Of a stretch of DNA of 64,000 nt, positions 50,920-61,899 are shown piece by piece (positions within the stretch are counted from its first letter, which is position 1; the number at the start of each line of letters is the position of its first letter). Made by a program: the position numbers and the translations under genes. The DNA lies in NCBI GenBank assembly GCA_025786725.1, contig JAHLTZ010000043.1:62001-126000 (forward strand). Reading direction: 5' to 3'. The notes under the pieces were generated by a model. The model saw nothing but the letters and a program-made list of their open reading frames with translations. It did not search any database and was not told where the DNA came from. This DNA is from Syncephalis fuscata S228. Taxonomy: Eukaryota > Fungi > Zoopagomycota.

Positions 50920-52228
50920 GTATATAAGGGCACATTAATAAATAAATATAGCGTTGAACTAAAAATAAATCAGTGTTTTAATATTGCTAAAATATAAGCT
51001 AGATAGTTATAAATACTGTATTCGAGTGCTTTGAACCTATTACATCACTATCTCGTAAAAAAAAGCGTTAATTCTTACTAGCGGTCACCAGAGGCGTGCT
51101 CAAGTATTCCTACATGGTTTATGCCAACGGATAAACATTTTGAAGGGCTGTATGTCTAGTTTATTTTTTATCTATAACAAATGGCATTAGTTTTCTACTG
51201 TATACGTTATTTAGTTTGTAGTGTACTATTAGATATATTACACTTCTTGTATTGATAGTCAAAGATATTTTTTGCAAATATTAATAAACTATTAAAGAGA
51301 ATATGCGCAGTGTTGAATTATATTAAATCAGCACTAAATATTTGGATACAACTTAAATAATAAAATACCTAAAAACAATAGACACTCATACAAAAGTGGT
51401 AGAACACACTAATGTTTATTTTATAAGAATGAAGTTTTTATATTAGAGAATGTTTATTAATAACATTCATTATAATATCTGTCATAACTTTGACATTGAC
51501 ATTAGTATCATCATCGGACCAAGAGTTTTTATTAGTATTATATTATAATTAGTTATATTTAATACAATTGCATCTAAACTGTTCATTTTAATAATAATAT
51601 TAGTAGTTTATTTAATTAATCTATTATTTATCTCTGCTGATGTTATTTTACTAATAAATCATATTCTTTTAGTTTTAAAAGTAAAAATGAAATAAAAACT
51701 AGCAAATTTATTAGTACAATAGCAGGAGCAGGAATCAATAAAATAATTGATCCAATAAACCACTAATCTTACTGTTAAATTAAATGGCGTAAATGTAGTT
51801 GTATTAAATATACTCAATTGTAGTTTATTAATATTTGCAAGGAAAGTTTTATTTCTGACTAACTACCAAAAAAGTACATTACATCTAATAGTATGGCACA
51901 AACTAAATAATGTATGTAGCAGAAAATCAGTGGCATGTGTTACAGTTAACAAATAAATTAAATGGACAGTCGGCCATCATGTCTATTTGCTGTCATAAAG
52001 CATCCTGAAACGATAATTGAGCGATCTTTAATGATCATCAGTAAAGATTGACGCGATATCTACAAAGTGATTATTGATATGCTAAATTTAAAATACTCAA
52101 ATACAGCATTTGCAACTAATTAGCTTAGATCTTTGTTTAATAATATAAAAGCAGATTTTAGGAATGTTAAAATGTTGATTTATTTCTAGTTCAACACTCT
52201 ATTCGTGTATTACTATGCGATTGTATGT

Positions 52229-54193
52229 CTACGGCTTACAAGTGGGTGGTAAGCTGGTGTTTGCTACTCTAATACTACCCCTACTATTAGCACCATGACC
52301 AAGACCTCGTTTGGCAAATCCACGCCAGATTTCGCAGGCGTGCTTACCACCGGTTAATTGCTTTTCGGCTTGAATGATGGCATCTCGGGCTTGAACAAAA
52401 GTTGGATTACATGGTTGTAATTTTAGGCCATCAATGACAATTTGAAGTAAAAGAGTGTTGCCTTTTGTAATGTCGGGGGAGTATATGTTTGTTTGAAATC
52501 CAAGCTTATTAACAAGATTCCAGTAAACTTCGTATAGCATTGTGGCCCAAACTTCGCCAAAATCATACGCATCAAACTTTTGTCCAACTTTAGTTAAATC
52601 ATTAAATGATTTTGGATTTACAGTCGTGCTAGTTGAGTATGGACGGCTACGAATATTTTGACCAGCAACGTGTTTGCCCATTTCAACATTTTTAGTAGAT
52701 TTATCAGATGCTTTCATCTCAAGCCAATAAGCAAAGAAGTCACTCCAACCTTCGCCCATGCCTTTAGCTTCGGCGTCTGATAAGCAGCCGGACTTTCCAC
52801 TGCCACCGGTTAGTCGGCCAGATATGCCATGGCCATATTCATGCGAAATAATATCATTTTCGAAATCCCCGTCGCGGCCTGGTTTTATCTCGTCAAAGCC
52901 AAACATTGCCATTGTTGGTCGTTCACCATCAACCGATTCTGTAAAAAATGCATTGCCACGGAAGCCTGGAGAATCGTAGCCTTGCAACGCTTGAGCAGCT
53001 ACAGCGTCACCGCCCTTGCCACCTTTGTTGCCGTTGTCTTCTTGGAAGTTGCCAGCAGCTTCATTGAAACCATACTTGTAGAAAATATCATGTATACTGT
53101 TAGCAACGTAGAACAGGTTGGTAACAGCTGCGTTGGCATTATCTTTTGGTGCTTTTTTAGGATCGTATGGAAAGTTAAAATTTAGACTACTTCCGCCATC
53201 TGGACGGGGGTTGTTTTTCCAATTAGCTTCATTATCATCATAGTGCTCTTTTCTTGCGCTTCTAACATTGTAGTTGGCCTGAGCAAATACATTGTTACCA
53301 ACTGTAGTGGTAAATCTTTTGCTTCCCTGTGTGTGCCAGCCATTTGGTGATGCAATCTTGTCGGCTGGATCCGTGACAATTTGGCGTGGTGTGTCGATAG
53401 GATTGTTGTTGCCAATTTTAACAACATTGTAACTGGCAAAAGACATTAAATCCTTCAATGCAAGTATTTTGGTGCCATCTGCCGATACATGGACTAAGAA
53501 ATTGTTAAGCGGCATCTTGATCATAAACTCCCAAGCGGGTTCCACTTCATTGGCACTTGTTTGGATGTATGATTGTGACACTTTTACTGGAGACGTGGCA
53601 AAGTCAACATTCTCGAGCAGATATGACTGGCCACTACCTGCAGATTTAGCTTGTGGTACAGTTTGGACCTTGCTGGCATCGAATTGCTGTTTGATGTGTG
53701 TGGCAAGTTTACTCAATGCATCAATGGGAGAAACAAATCCGGTAGTCTGGCCATCCCATGTTTTGAGTGGTTTAGCTACAAACTGATTAGCTTTGTTGGT
53801 CTTGAAGAAACTGTCGTCATAGGCAATGATCTTGTTTGCTTTGTCGACGTGAATACCCACAACACCATTCGAAACGTTAATGTCTTTGATGGTTTGCTGA
53901 AGATAGACATGAGTGGTACCGCTGGTCTCGGACTTGTGCGAGTTGGTCAAAATAAATTCGCCATTCTTGATGTGGAGCTGGGAACGAATAAATTCAAGTG
54001 CAGCTTCTTGTGCACTTTGAGGTGCGAATGACGCTGGTGGCTTGTATGTGCTTAGATCAGGCGACAAATCGCGAACTGCAGAAGCGACGTTAATCTTGGG
54101 AATAATAGAGTCAACCTCAACTCGTTGGTTGTCACATGAAACGGCACCAACAGATGCCAGGATCAACGAGGCAATAAGTAGGTTGATATGCAT
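52229..54193 (-). CDS. Fungalysin (M36 metallopeptidase), secreted, copy 3
   Basis: Near-identical to copy 2 over most of its length (HEYGHGISGRLTGG, GMGEGWSD); intronless. Confidence 0.95.
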   Translation of the reverse strand: MHINLLIASLILASVGAVSCDNQRVEVDSIIPKINVASAVRDLSPDLSTYKPPASFAPQSAQEAALEFIRSQLHIKNGEFILTNSHKSETSGTTHVYLQQTIKDINVSNGVVGIHVDKANKIIAYDDSFFKTNKANQFVAKPLKTWDGQTTGFVSPIDALSKLATHIKQQFDASKVQTVPQAKSAGSGQSYLLENVDFATSPVKVSQSYIQTSANEVEPAWEFMIKMPLNNFLVHVSADGTKILALKDLMSFASYNVVKIGNNNPIDTPRQIVTDPADKIASPNGWHTQGSKRFTTTVGNNVFAQANYNVRSARKEHYDDNEANWKNNPRPDGGSSLNFNFPYDPKKAPKDNANAAVTNLFYVANSIHDIFYKYGFNEAAGNFQEDNGNKGGKGGDAVAAQALQGYDSPGFRGNAFFTESVDGERPTMAMFGFDEIKPGRDGDFENDIISHEYGHGISGRLTGGSGKSGCLSDAEAKGMGEGWSDFFAYWLEMKASDKSTKNVEMGKHVAGQNIRSRPYSTSTTVNPKSFNDLTKVGQKFDAYDFGEVWATMLYEVYWNLVNKLGFQTNIYSPDITKGNTLLLQIVIDGLKLQPCNPTFVQARDAIIQAEKQLTGGKHACEIWRGFAKRGLGHGANSRGSIRVANTSLPPTCKP

Positions 54194-54367
54194 GTTGACG
54201 GTAGAAAGCGAAGAGTCGTGATACGTAGATTGATCAACTAAAATAAAGACTGCTTAAAACCAACCAGTGGATTTCAAAAACAGCGTAATCGTAAGTTGGG
54301 TTGTTGTAAGTGGATCACGTAGTTGTTAAGATGTTGAACGTAAAATTTATGGTGTATAGTTATAATG

Positions 54368-54403
54368 CTTTACAAAAATACTTCAACAAGCACGGCTTTT
54401 ATA
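54368..54403 (-). promoter_or_regulatory. Conserved TATA-containing core promoter of M36 copy 3
   Basis: Reverse complement reads TATAAAAGCCGTGCTTGTTGAAGTATTTTTGTAAAG. Confidence 0.65.
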
Positions 54404-54792
54404 ATGAACGCCGTATCTGTGCAATGAAATCTGAGCTTGTAAAACAGTAGAACATAGTCACATACTACCGATGGGTTGACACTGGATATCCAGTATAACC
54501 AATTGTTGGCTTGTAACAAGTACCCCTATACTATACACAATTTACTAGTGTTAGCTAGGTCATACCTCAGAATATGTGTATTAAATTAGTAAGGCCTTGA
54601 ATTAGACGGTTTCACAGCAAGTGCTTTATACGGTACAATAGAATATTTGATATTTTTCATTCCTTGTTTAGCATCTGAGACATACAAATGAACAAATAAA
54701 AATAGAAATTCAGTTATGAATACCATGGTATTTAATTTTTTAAAAACTTGGGCCCAATTGAATGTTTCGGCATTTCAAAATTCCTTATTGTG

Positions 54793-54890
54793 AGTACTTT
54801 GAGATTTTTTATTGCAAGCACTCTATGGTTCTTTATCACAAGCACTTTGAGATTTTTTTTATCGCAAGCACCCTAAAGTTTTTTATCACA
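54793..54890. repeat. Degenerate minisatellite, 4 units of about 24-26 bp
   Basis: Units of (A)AGCAC...TTT(T)AT(C/T)(G/A)C alternating between two types (CACTTTGAGATTTTTT and CAC.CTA..GTT.TTTATCAC). Confidence 0.65.
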
Positions 54891-56481
54891 ATTGCCACCA
54901 GTAAATATTCAATTATACTAGTAATATAGGCCTGAAATGAAACTTGACGTAGAAGCCTATAGCAGATTTAATGACAAACTGCTTGAAATTTCAAAACACT
55001 TTTTAGCAAACGATTGTCTTTAACAATCAGCTACTCCATATTTGAATAAGCGACAAACTACCGGACAGTTTTGAATTCAAACCTGGTTTATCTATACCAA
55101 GACTTACACAACTAAATTAGTAATGATTTTTGAGTTGTGGGCACAATGACATTATTATTTACAGTTGCATATTGCATAGTTAAAATGCATATTAAAGTTG
55201 ATATTTCATGTGCACTAAAAGTACAAATGGCACTTTTTAAAATTGATACATGTATTTTAACTAAAACAATTCTGACAATTAAGCTAGCAAATTAGAATAA
55301 GAATAAAACAACGGTTTACGTTACTATTTGATGTACCAAGATACATATAAGTATATGTTATAATAAATTCACAGATGAGTGTCGATCAGTGTATATGTAC
55401 ATAAACCAGTCGATCACTCAGAGTGCTTGTTAAACTAATTAGATTTGCTGAATTGTAACACGAAAAGTACAACACTACAAAGAATGTTTACAATTTTACT
55501 AGCTAACTAATCTAATGGTTGTAGCACTGTGACCATCACTATGGGCTTGACTTGAAGTAGGCCGTGTTTTACTTAATACTATGCCGATCTGCTTTTCTAT
55601 TGATATGGGCAATGCAATAATCAAGTATAATTTTTCATTCAAACCCATTTTAATATCTGCTATAAAATACCACTAGTAATTATACTGATGCTGGATATTC
55701 AGTGGTATACTATAACTCAAAGTAGCTTCTTTAGTATTATGTTTCATATTTTTACTAACATAAAGTAAGATAATTTGATTTTTGTGCTATAATCTTTAAG
55801 TTATTATGCATTTCCGTCATGAGCTATCGTACTGCTGCAGCTGCTGTGACATTATATATGCAAGGATAGTCTATGATTATTCGAATCACTGCAATATACA
55901 GCAGCAACCATTACAGGCATTCTTTATTTACATATGCGTACATTATATCCGATAACCAAGCAGCTGAATGCCACACACACAAATGATTTATTTTGCTGAA
56001 TTTACTTGTAATAGTACAAGCTTGTATTTTAGTATCAATTGTTGTTATAATACATTACCGTTAGATATTAAATGGTAAGTGCAGCCATATCTAATACATT
56101 CAGTTTATTTAATGCATCACACCAATCAGAACATCATTGCAATGCAATAATATATTGAAGCTATACTATGTCTAGTTATATTATGTATGCTATGTGTTTT
56201 CATATGAATACTACGCGTGTAACTATGAAAATATGTATTATAAATTTATTATTATGTTCATAAATTTATAGCAACTATGCTATATTTCTTACAACTTGGA
56301 CGAATGCAATTGACATTGTTTTGCATAGTTACTGTGAGAAAAGTTAGACAGTTTATTACTATTGCCTTTTGGAATTGGCAGATTGTGTGCGCGTAGATAT
56401 ACTAAGAATTGCTATGTTTGCACCAGACTGACTATTTCTGAATAAAAATGTGTTAGCCATACCATGCATTAAAGCGTTTTC

Positions 56482-56923
56482 CTAATACTTACAATTGTCG
56501 CATTCCTTGTGACCATTGTCTCTGTTGAGTCGGCAAGAACCATTCCTGCATTGATCGGAGCTATAGCATCTTTCGCCTCTGCCAAGATCATATCTATCAT
56601 TTTTGTTATTATGATAGCACCTTTGGTCCATGTCCCTTTTGTTTCTAAAGCTATCGAAATCATTGCATATATTTTCCATATGTCGACTCCTTGAACGACT
56701 GTTTCCTCTGCATTTTTTTCCCAAGCTATCCCAACCACCGTTATCTTCTACAGTGTGGCATTCATCGGGCATATCTATTATAAAACAGACGCTAGGTTAA
56801 GTCCTGAACAATAATGCTATTATTATAAACCATCTTACTGTTATTTTTTGCCTCTGCTACCGAATATACACTTGCGAGGGTACCGATAACGATGGTGGCA
56901 ACGAATAGGTTGTTAAAATGCAT
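56482..56923 (-). CDS. Small secreted cysteine-rich protein (2 exons)
   Basis: ATG at 56923 with a signal peptide (MHFNNLFVATIVIGTLASVYSVAEA); the intron at 56775-56838 joins in frame to the 96-aa ORF containing 9 Cys. Confidence 0.75.
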
Positions 56924-57816
56924 TTTGTTGTTGCTGGTATTATAGCTTGAAAATAGTGAGTGCCGGCCCAAATATTATAGTATTGCTGATTAAGGAGCTA
57001 CTGGAGTAAAGATTAAAATTCAAATGGTAGATAGATGTGCTGCTGACGATGCCTGTGATGTTGAATGTCGAGTAAAAATATGCAAACTATTGCGCTGTTT
57101 AAATAGCAACGATTTGGCGTTTTCAGTCTGTTAGCTTTGCCGATTTGTTGCAAAAAACAGCAATCAATTACAAGAATAGCATAGTTACAGGTATTTGCTG
57201 TGCCATTTCAAGCTTTGCATATTTACTAATACTGTATAACCTGTTTGCCTTGACACAAGCAACCAGGCAATTACGAGTTGAATTTCAAAAAAATACTAAT
57301 TTATTCTAGTGTTGTTAGTTCGTTACTGGTCAAATATGAAACTGGTTCGCAGCTACATTGAAACAACCAGTTTAAACCGGCGTGACTGTCAAAACTTGTT
57401 GCAATATTTCTATTTTTACTAACAAAAGCTATATTTAGAAATTCTAGAAACCTTTATTGTCAAGTTCAGTACTCCAAGCCGCCTATGCAATTCAATGAGT
57501 AAATACCAAGACATTACTCATTCGCTTTGGTACGAAATAGCTACAGTGCATTGTATGAATTAAATTATAGTAAAATAACAAATAAACTAGCAGTTGATAT
57601 TGATGTCAGTTACATTAATTTATTGTCGATATAGCATCATTTATATCTATTGAATTTAAATCAAAAATAATAACGCAAAATATAATATTAACATTCTGAT
57701 ATAAAAATACTTATACGTAATGTGCCAAAGTAAATTACAATCAATACACACAATCGCAATTAGAAATGTTTTAATTTAAATAATTGACTATTTATTTCAT
57801 TTTACTCAATAAAATG

Positions 57817-60432
57817 CTACGCGACTACTTGGAATGTACTAGAAGTTCCGTTGTGTGAAATGATATTTTGAACAATTGTGCGGTGGTGTCCAAAGTGTTG
57901 AATCCGATAGGTGCCCGCTATAACAAATAGATCAGCATTAATATACTTTCATATATTTAGTTAGTTCGTTATACTTACGTTGAGTATCGGCCTCGATATC
58001 CCATTCAATAACTGCTTTATTTTCTCCCAAACCGTTCACCTTGACCCAGTTGTAACGAGTGCTCCAATGGCCATCGTCACGAACACGTTTCCAGGCCTTG
58101 GTGGCTGGATCTTGTCGCTCAACGGAAATGTATGATTCTTCCAAGAGCAGATTGTTGCGTGGATGGCCAGTCCAGAAGGTAACGCTCACAGTGTTGCCAC
58201 GATTATACGACGGCTTTACATCGACGTTAACATCACCAAAAGACTTCCCAATGGGGTGTGAATCAAGCACTACACCGGTTTGCAAAGTGATAAACTTGCT
58301 GGAAAAGTCCTGCGGGGCAGAAGCAGAGATGATACGAGTATTGCCGGCCATGGCCTGTACCAGTTTGACAGCATTTTGGATGTAGGCTGGCAGCGAACCT
58401 GGTCCAAAAATAGTTGAAGCGGCTTCATAGCGCTGTGCAACATATTCTTCGGGTGTGGTGGTATAGCTAGCATAGGTGTTTGATGGGCCGGACACGATAA
58501 CCGTGGCATCTTCACCGACCAGACCTTGAGCAATGGCAGCTTGTTTAATTGCTTCACGCATACGACGGCCAGACATGGTGGTGAATTCGGCTGGCACGCC
58601 TACAATGAATACTTGACCAATACGAAATACTTGTAGCTCGACAATGGTAGGTTGCCACTCATAAGGGAAGTGTGTTTCGCCAGTGTTTAATAGAATTGGT
58701 TTTGGATATTGACAGGCTACTTGTGCCTTGGATGGGCTCTTTGTAATAATAGAACCGGCAAGGTTCCAAAGTGGATTTGATGTGTTTTGACCTTGATAGA
58801 AATCAAATTGGCCGGGACCTGTAAACGACAAGAATAATAGTTACATGATTAGATGGTGTCGACAAAAACATATAAGAAATGTAAATTACCATCTGTAGTA
58901 CCGGCAGCCATCGCATAGCCCATAGCGGGTGGACAAGTGTGGCCAGCTGTGCCGTTTGCATAGGTAAATGCCATATTGGACATATCGATGTACATATGCT
59001 GGAAATCAACAGCGCCTGATAATACCTTTTGAGGTTTACCTTCATACAGTTCACGTGCCTTGCTGAACTGGCGATCGCCAATAATAGCGTTGCTGGCAAA
59101 ATCGCCTTGTTTCCATCCAGGACCACTATTAGTTGTCTCTTTATTAGTAATGATAAATAAATGGTAAATACACCTACCGAGCCACGCATAATTCGTTCTT
59201 TCCATTGCATGTGCTACGCTGATAGTCACAAGGAAGGCCAGTGTCCATACACTTTGCTCCTTCAGTGTTGGGGGAAACATCGCCATGTTTGTTTGACTGA
59301 ATGCAGCCACAAAGCCAGTTGGCAAGCCTGTTGCGCTTTCTGGTGGATTCATTGCTTGTTCAAATTTAATAGCGGCATAACTATACGATAAATGCACGTT
59401 AGATGCAATAATTCCATGTGATTTAGCTTATTTTTGTCTTATTTACCCTTTGTTATCACCGGTAACTAGGGTGTTTGTGTTGTTCATGCTTGTGCCATGT
59501 GTGGCAAACCAGTTAACTTGGCCAATGCCTTTGCCCGATGCATCGTTGAATCGCAGCAATGTCATATCTTTATCGGTATTGTACTGGTAGCGAGCTCGTT
59601 CCTCGGCCGGATTGCGTTCGTAAGAAGAAGGCGACCGATTAATACTGGCATCAAGCAGCTCACCGACGTGGACTGAAACGCTTCCTGGCTGTAAACCTTT
59701 ATGAGCACGTTCAATTGACAGTACAATGCCGGAAACAAGAGCCTCAGCGGACTGGTTGACCCAACCGAGTGCGGTTAAGTCGTAAAGGAGATAGCCGAGC
59801 CAACCTGCCGGTCCAGAGTGACTGTGTGTACCGGTAATCATCACGTTCTTTTGTGTGTAAAGGTCGGCACCAAACTTTTCTTCAAGACGCTTGATGACTC
59901 GCTGGCGTACAAACTGCGACATCATAGCCGTGTCGGTCGTAATATGTACAACACGTTTATTAGAGGCCGTATCATGTACAATAAATGCACGCGAATAGAT
60001 ACGCTGACGAAGCCCAGTGCCTTTCTGTTTAATGTTGGCATAGCCCATGAAGTTGACCTCGGCTGATTGGCACGGCAGAGGCGTAAAAAAATAAGTTTGA
60101 CGGTAAGTCATGCACGCATATTAGTGAATGCACACTATTTCATATGTTGTATAACCTACCAATAGGCCTATCGTGTCGAATGAGATGCGTGCGCAAGGTA
60201 AAAAAGCCATCAGTATCCGGTTGTTATTCCGCTCTATATTCTGATACTTACCCCGTAATATCAGCAATACCCGCACCAACCTGAGTAAATTAAATTGATT
60301 AGTTTTGATTAATTAAATAAAACACACAGCAGTATAACCTACATTGTAGCTTGCATTGACGGCCACGGCAGCAGACACAAGCGTTAATGCTAAGCAAGCC
60401 AAGCTTGCGTGTGAGAAAGAGCCAAATATCAT
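57817..60432 (-). CDS. Neutral/alkaline non-lysosomal ceramidase, secreted, multi-exon
   Basis: Signal peptide; YN|VGAGIADITG|PI|AEVNFMGYA; GLRQRIYSRAF; GTHSHSGP; NRSPSSY; WFATHGTSMNNTNTLVTGDNKG; AAGTTDG|PG; VPAEFTTMSGRR; YEAASTIFGP. One apparent 1-nt deletion near 59283. Confidence 0.93.
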
Positions 60433-61197
60433 GGCTAAATAACTTGGCGATAAATAGTAAAGCTTTAAAGTTCGGTTGCTCAAAAGTTGTTGTTTGGGCG
60501 TTAAGAACTGGCTATAGTTGTGATAATATTCGTAGCGTAGTAACTATTGTGATGGAGCTACGGTAAACGTAAATATAAAAGAAAAACAGAGCGTAAATAG
60601 AGGATAGCAAGAAAACGTAGAATAGTACAAAGCATGGCAAGATGATGTGTGTGCAAACCAGACTGTTTTATAGTAAATGTGGAGTAGGGATACACAGAAC
60701 GTGGTCCTACACTGTACTGGTTTGAACAAGCCAAGTGAGTAAAAAAGAATTGGCCTGTATTTTGATATGGCCTGTTTTTTAAAAAATTAGATTAATGAGC
60801 AAAATAAACTGGAAAAAAAGAGATTTGTTTATTTATTTATATATATATATGTGGTACTAAACTGATAGATACTAAAACGAATAAATGGAATATAAAATAG
60901 TTTTATTGGCTATGCATACGTATATCATATATGAGTGTGTGTTACTATGACTAGTTAAATTATTAAACAACTCATGCAATTTCACTACACTCTTAATATG
61001 TGTTACCTTTGTTTGCTAGTTTTTGGATAAACTGTCAATATTATACAAGTAGATGCCATTGAATGGACAGTGTTGTATTCAGCGCGAGTTGTTTTCACAC
61101 TATTACAGCTACAGCAACAACACCAACACCAACTATCGCTACTACTAACAACATCACATTTTCATCTGTCACTCTATACGAGATTATTGCACAAACG

Positions 61198-61586
61198 ATG
61201 GCCGATAGTAACCCACGCAGGATTCCAGTACCTGAACCAGCCAACGATGATTTGCATCCTCGTATGAGTGCCTCACGAGAGGACATGAAGAAAAATCGAG
61301 TTCCCCTGGAGTGGCGCGATTATTGTGCCCATAAACTGATTCCGCTTAACAATTGTCGCTACGAAACGTGTTTTATGCCATGGAAGTGCGAGGAAGAGCG
61401 ACATGCATATGAAAAGTGCCAATACGATGAGTAAGTAGATTTGTTACATTCAGTACTTGTCGCTTCAATACAAGAGCTAATAGATGTATATGTATCTATG
61501 TATTATAATTGTTATTTATTAGTTATAAGCGACGCATGAGACTAGCAACAAAGATACGCGAGGAACAGAAACACGAAACAGCGTAA
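61198..61586 (+). CDS. NDUFB7: NADH:ubiquinone oxidoreductase subunit B18 (NDUFB7/NB8M), 2 exons
   Basis: MSASREDM..VPLEWRDYCAHKLIPLNNCR..PWKCEEERHAYEKCQY, with twin CX9C; second exon YKRRMR. Confidence 0.92.
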
Positions 61587-61899
61587 TAATGCTGGTCAGA
61601 TAATCGTGATTGCATATAAATATACCAAGTAATTGGTAATAGCAATGATGATAATGATAGTGATTATTGATTATTAAACAAATGTTATTTGGTTCTTGTT
61701 AGAATTAGATTATTAGTATTATGTCTGTTAGTAGTAGTATTATGTTTATTAATATGTAATTAATATTGAATTAATATTGAATTAATATTGAATTCATATT
61801 GAAAGAGTCGACAATAAATGATATCGACCATTTGTTATTATTGTCATTATTATTATTTAATCCAATAGTCTTTTCACCTTTTACATTAGTTACTTACTA

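Larger units (their letters stand above)
48764..54403. repeat. Inverted duplication (arms ~48764-51300 and ~51820-54403) carrying M36 copies 2 and 3 tail-to-tail
   Basis: The CDSs are near-identical reverse complements. Flanks keep matches, e.g. TTGCAAATATTAATAAACTA at ~51273 versus the reverse complement at ~51821, and the shared TATA element. Confidence 0.9.

Noticed and set aside
43973-54031. Antisense ORFs that recur in all fungalysin copies
   Set aside because: They recur only because the sense genes are duplicated; there is no independent coding signal.
55840-55910. GTGA-N12-AA-...-GA pattern resembling a SECIS element
   Set aside because: The helix between the quartet and the AA loop does not pair, and there is no upstream plus-strand gene.
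61063-61197. N-terminal extension of NDUFB7 from the upstream ATG
   Set aside because: Low-complexity UTR-like sequence; homology starts near Met 61198.
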